DNA of 32,000 nucleotides from Candidatus Saccharimonadota bacterium (GTDB lineage Bacteria; Pseudomonadota; Gammaproteobacteria; Enterobacterales; Enterobacteriaceae): NCBI RefSeq assembly GCF_023585745.1, contig NZ_CP097762.1, positions 390,001 to 422,000 of the forward strand, read 5' to 3'. Shown piece by piece: positions 28,186 to 32,000 of this stretch (position 1 is its first letter; each line of letters starts with the position of its first letter). The notes under the pieces were generated by a model. It saw only the letters and a program-made list of their open reading frames with translations, ran no database searches and was not told where the DNA came from. The position numbers and the translations under genes were made by a program.

Positions 28186-30525
28186 TTAATTATTACTTTT
28201 CCAAAAATTTACTACTGCATATATTTCTTTATCGCTTACAAATGCTCCGTGCGCTCTAATAAAAATAGAAGAATTAGATCCTAAATACAACATATCACCC
28301 ATACCTAATAATAATTCTGCTCCAGAGTGACCTAAAATAGTACGAGAATCTATCGTACTAGATACGGTAAACGCAACACGCGCTGGAATATTTGCTTTAA
28401 TTAATCCGGTAATTACATTAACTGAAGGTCTTTGAGTAGCTAATATCATATGAATTCCCGCAGCCCGTGCTTTTTGTGTTAATCGTACAACTAATTCCTC
28501 TATTCTTTTACCAATTGTTATTATTAAATCAGCAAATTCATCTATTACAATTATAATATAAGGTAATTCTTCCAAAACACTTGGTTCATATACAGAACGA
28601 TTTTCATTAAAATTTAAATTTTCTCTGCTCATTCTTAAATTCTTTTTAGAATTTAATTCCAATACATAAGAATTAAATTGCTCCAAATTACGAACCCCGA
28701 AACTAACCATTAATTTATAACGTCGCTCCATTTCTTCTATACACCACTGTAATACCGAATATGATTCTTCTACATCAGTGACAACTGGTTTCAAAAGGTG
28801 CGGTAACCCTGAATATACTGATAATTCTAACATTTTAGGATCAATCATAATAAAACGTACTTCTTTTGGAGTAGCTCTATATAACAAGCCAATAATTATA
28901 GAATTAATACTTACTGACTTACCAGATCCAGTAGTACCTGCGATTAATAAATGTGGCATTGATCTCAGATCAACAATCAACGGTACTCCTGATATATCTT
29001 TGCCCAATACTAAAGGTAATGAATGATTAATTTTTCTAAACTGATCTGACACAATTATATCGCCTAAACATACTGTACTACGTATCTTATTAGGAATTTC
29101 TAAACCAACATATGGCGTCCCAGGAATTACTTCTACAACTCTAACAGAAGCAATAGATAAGACACGAGCTAAATCACGAGATAAACCAGAAATTCTTGAA
29201 GATTTTACACCAGGTGATAAGTTTAATTCAAATCTAGTAAGCACTGGGCCTGCAGTAATGTTCACAACATGCGCCGAAATACGGTATTCCAGTAATTTTT
29301 CTTCTAATAATTGCGAAACTATTTTAAATTCCTGAAAATTGATCAACATGTCTTGAGGAGACATAGTTAATAACTTTATATCTGGAAAGATAATAGGTTG
29401 TTTTTTACAAAGTAACTTTTTGTTATTTACAGATATAAGTTTTTTATATTTATATGAAGAAATATTTTTCATTATCTCATCACTATAAAAAATTTTTTCT
29501 TTTCCATCTTCATGATCATAACGAATGATATTCGGTTTTATTTTCATACCAAGTACAAAAAAAAATTTATTCTTTATTTTTTTTTGAGAAATACCATTAT
29601 CTTCCTTAACATTATCAAAAATTATTTTTTTATTTTTATTCTTTTTTTTCAAAAATTGTTGAGATTCAATAAACACATTGTGATTTTTTTTCTGATCATT
29701 ATCATAAATTGAAAATAATTTCTTCACAAAAATCCAAAAATTGACTAACACCTTCTTTGTATTATAAATAATATATTTTTTAATACTAAAAAAAAACATC
29801 TTAATTAATTCATTATTTTTTTTTAAAATATTAAAAACCACATATATATTTAATATACTATTTTTTAATTTTGTTAAAAAATTTTTATTTTTATAAAATA
29901 AAACTAAAAAACTTATGAAGTTTTCCTTATAAAATTTTTTATAATTAAATTGATTAAGAATTTTTTGATAATTAACCATTAAAATATTTACGTTATATGT
30001 AAAACTAAATAATTTTCTTTGTAAAATATTTAAAAATATTCCAAAAAATCTATAAAAACTCAATATAACATTAGTTATTAAAATTAATAAAAATATGATT
30101 AAATTATCAAAAGTACTAAAATTAGTATAATGTGACATACAATCACATAAAATACTACCTATAATTCCACCGGCATCAAAATAAAAAAAATCATAAAAAA
30201 CTAAATGCATTATACTACATAATGCAAATAACGATGCCAAAATTCTAACCAACTTTAAAAAAACATTAAAAAAATCAATACTTAACCGTTTAAAAAAACA
30301 TCTCCATAAATAAAATAAAATAAATATTGGAACTATATATGCTGAAATACCAAAAACAAAAAATAAAAAATCAGCTATCCGTGCGCCCAATAAACCACCA
30401 AGATTATAAATTGATCCATGCCAAGTACTCTGCATCCAACCAGGGTCATTAGGACTAAAACTAAGTAATATAATAATTAAATACAACAACAACACATTGG
30501 TACTAACTAATATGATTATTATCAT
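28186..30525 (-). CDS. ftsK: DNA translocase FtsK, shortened form (779 aa; no gamma domain)
   Basis: The N-terminal membrane domain ([24 protein letters not shown]) is followed by a K/N/I/F-rich linker and then the alpha/beta motor. The motor has Walker [10 protein letters not shown], Walker [11 protein letters not shown] and [19 protein letters not shown]. The ORF stops at ..[10 protein letters not shown], about where the E. coli linker to the gamma domain begins. Confidence 0.92.
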   Translation of the reverse strand: MIIIILVSTNVLLLYLIIILLSFSPNDPGWMQSTWHGSIYNLGGLLGARIADFLFFVFGISAYIVPIFILFYLWRCFFKRLSIDFFNVFLKLVRILASLFALCSIMHLVFYDFFYFDAGGIIGSILCDCMSHYTNFSTFDNLIIFLLILITNVILSFYRFFGIFLNILQRKLFSFTYNVNILMVNYQKILNQFNYKKFYKENFISFLVLFYKNKNFLTKLKNSILNIYVVFNILKKNNELIKMFFFSIKKYIIYNTKKVLVNFWIFVKKLFSIYDNDQKKNHNVFIESQQFLKKKNKNKKIIFDNVKEDNGISQKKIKNKFFFVLGMKIKPNIIRYDHEDGKEKIFYSDEIMKNISSYKYKKLISVNNKKLLCKKQPIIFPDIKLLTMSPQDMLINFQEFKIVSQLLEEKLLEYRISAHVVNITAGPVLTRFELNLSPGVKSSRISGLSRDLARVLSIASVRVVEVIPGTPYVGLEIPNKIRSTVCLGDIIVSDQFRKINHSLPLVLGKDISGVPLIVDLRSMPHLLIAGTTGSGKSVSINSIIIGLLYRATPKEVRFIMIDPKMLELSVYSGLPHLLKPVVTDVEESYSVLQWCIEEMERRYKLMVSFGVRNLEQFNSYVLELNSKKNLRMSRENLNFNENRSVYEPSVLEELPYIIIVIDEFADLIITIGKRIEELVVRLTQKARAAGIHMILATQRPSVNVITGLIKANIPARVAFTVSSTIDSRTILGHSGAELLLGMGDMLYLGSNSSIFIRAHGAFVSDKEIYAVVNFWKSNN

Positions 30526-31016
30526 AATAAAAACATATTAATTAAACATTAATTAATAATTTTATACTTAATTATATCCATTTGTATTAAATATTTCTAT
30601 TTAAACAAAACAGTTACTTGGTATATAAATACTTTCATATGTATAAATCATATAATTACTCTTATTAAGGATATCATGATATTCCATAAAATTAATTCAA
30701 ACTCACTTGAAAATTATTTTTATAAAAAAATCAAATATTAAAAATTAATTCACAGCATAAATAAATTATTTATTAAATATTTAGATAATAACTAAATACT
30801 CAAAATGTATAATACTGAATTATTCTCTTATTTTAACCTATAAAATACTTTTTATAAAAAAAATTAAAAACATAATTATACTGCACAAACATAAAATTTT
30901 AATTGAATAATAAAAAATACTAAATATTCAACAACATAAAATATTATTTCATACACATGATATGTGTTATACTTATATGCATAATTTTTATTATTACATA
31001 TTAATGCTAATTTTAA

Positions 31017-32000
<984 letters not shown>

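Overview
This is a very AT-rich window (about 28% GC by eye, with spacers much lower). It looks like a reduced-genome, Enterobacterales-derived obligate insect endosymbiont, possibly Blochmannia-like; that assignment is inference only. Almost everything is housekeeping, arranged in two blocks colinear with E. coli. Block 1 (mostly + strand) is sufB'(3' end)-sufC-sufD-sufS-sufE, a decayed lpp remnant, tRNA-Val(GAC), ribE, grxD, rnt, slyA, pdxH, tyrS, nth and fumC. Block 2 (- strand) is ubiX, kdsB, ycaR, lpxK, msbA, rpsA, cmk, aroA, serC, serS, lolA and ftsK, followed by divergent trxB, which runs off the window end. I found no CRISPR array, IS or transposase, prophage, toxin-antitoxin or recognisable defence genes, so I do not claim a novel multi-gene system here. 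Seven things deserve a second look. (1) An intact 668-aa secreted ORF sits at the junction of the two blocks; its N-terminal half looks like an intimin/invasin-type inverse-autotransporter barrel and its C-terminal passenger is novel and low-complexity. (2) ribE is split by a frameshift inside an A9 tract, a candidate for rescue by transcriptional slippage. (3) ftsK has lost the gamma (KOPS/XerD) domain, and its linker is compressed and low-complexity. (4) A frameshifted lpp relic lies exactly where synteny predicts. (5) slyA is well conserved, has a TTG start and has TTAG/CTAA palindromes upstream, while the neighbouring regulators lrp and ihfB are gone. (6) A 51-aa ycaR gene with a GTG start is missing from the ORF track. 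(7) Several 0.5-1 kb AT-only spacers mark gene-loss scars. Several ORF-track starts are N-terminally over-extended and were trimmed by homology.
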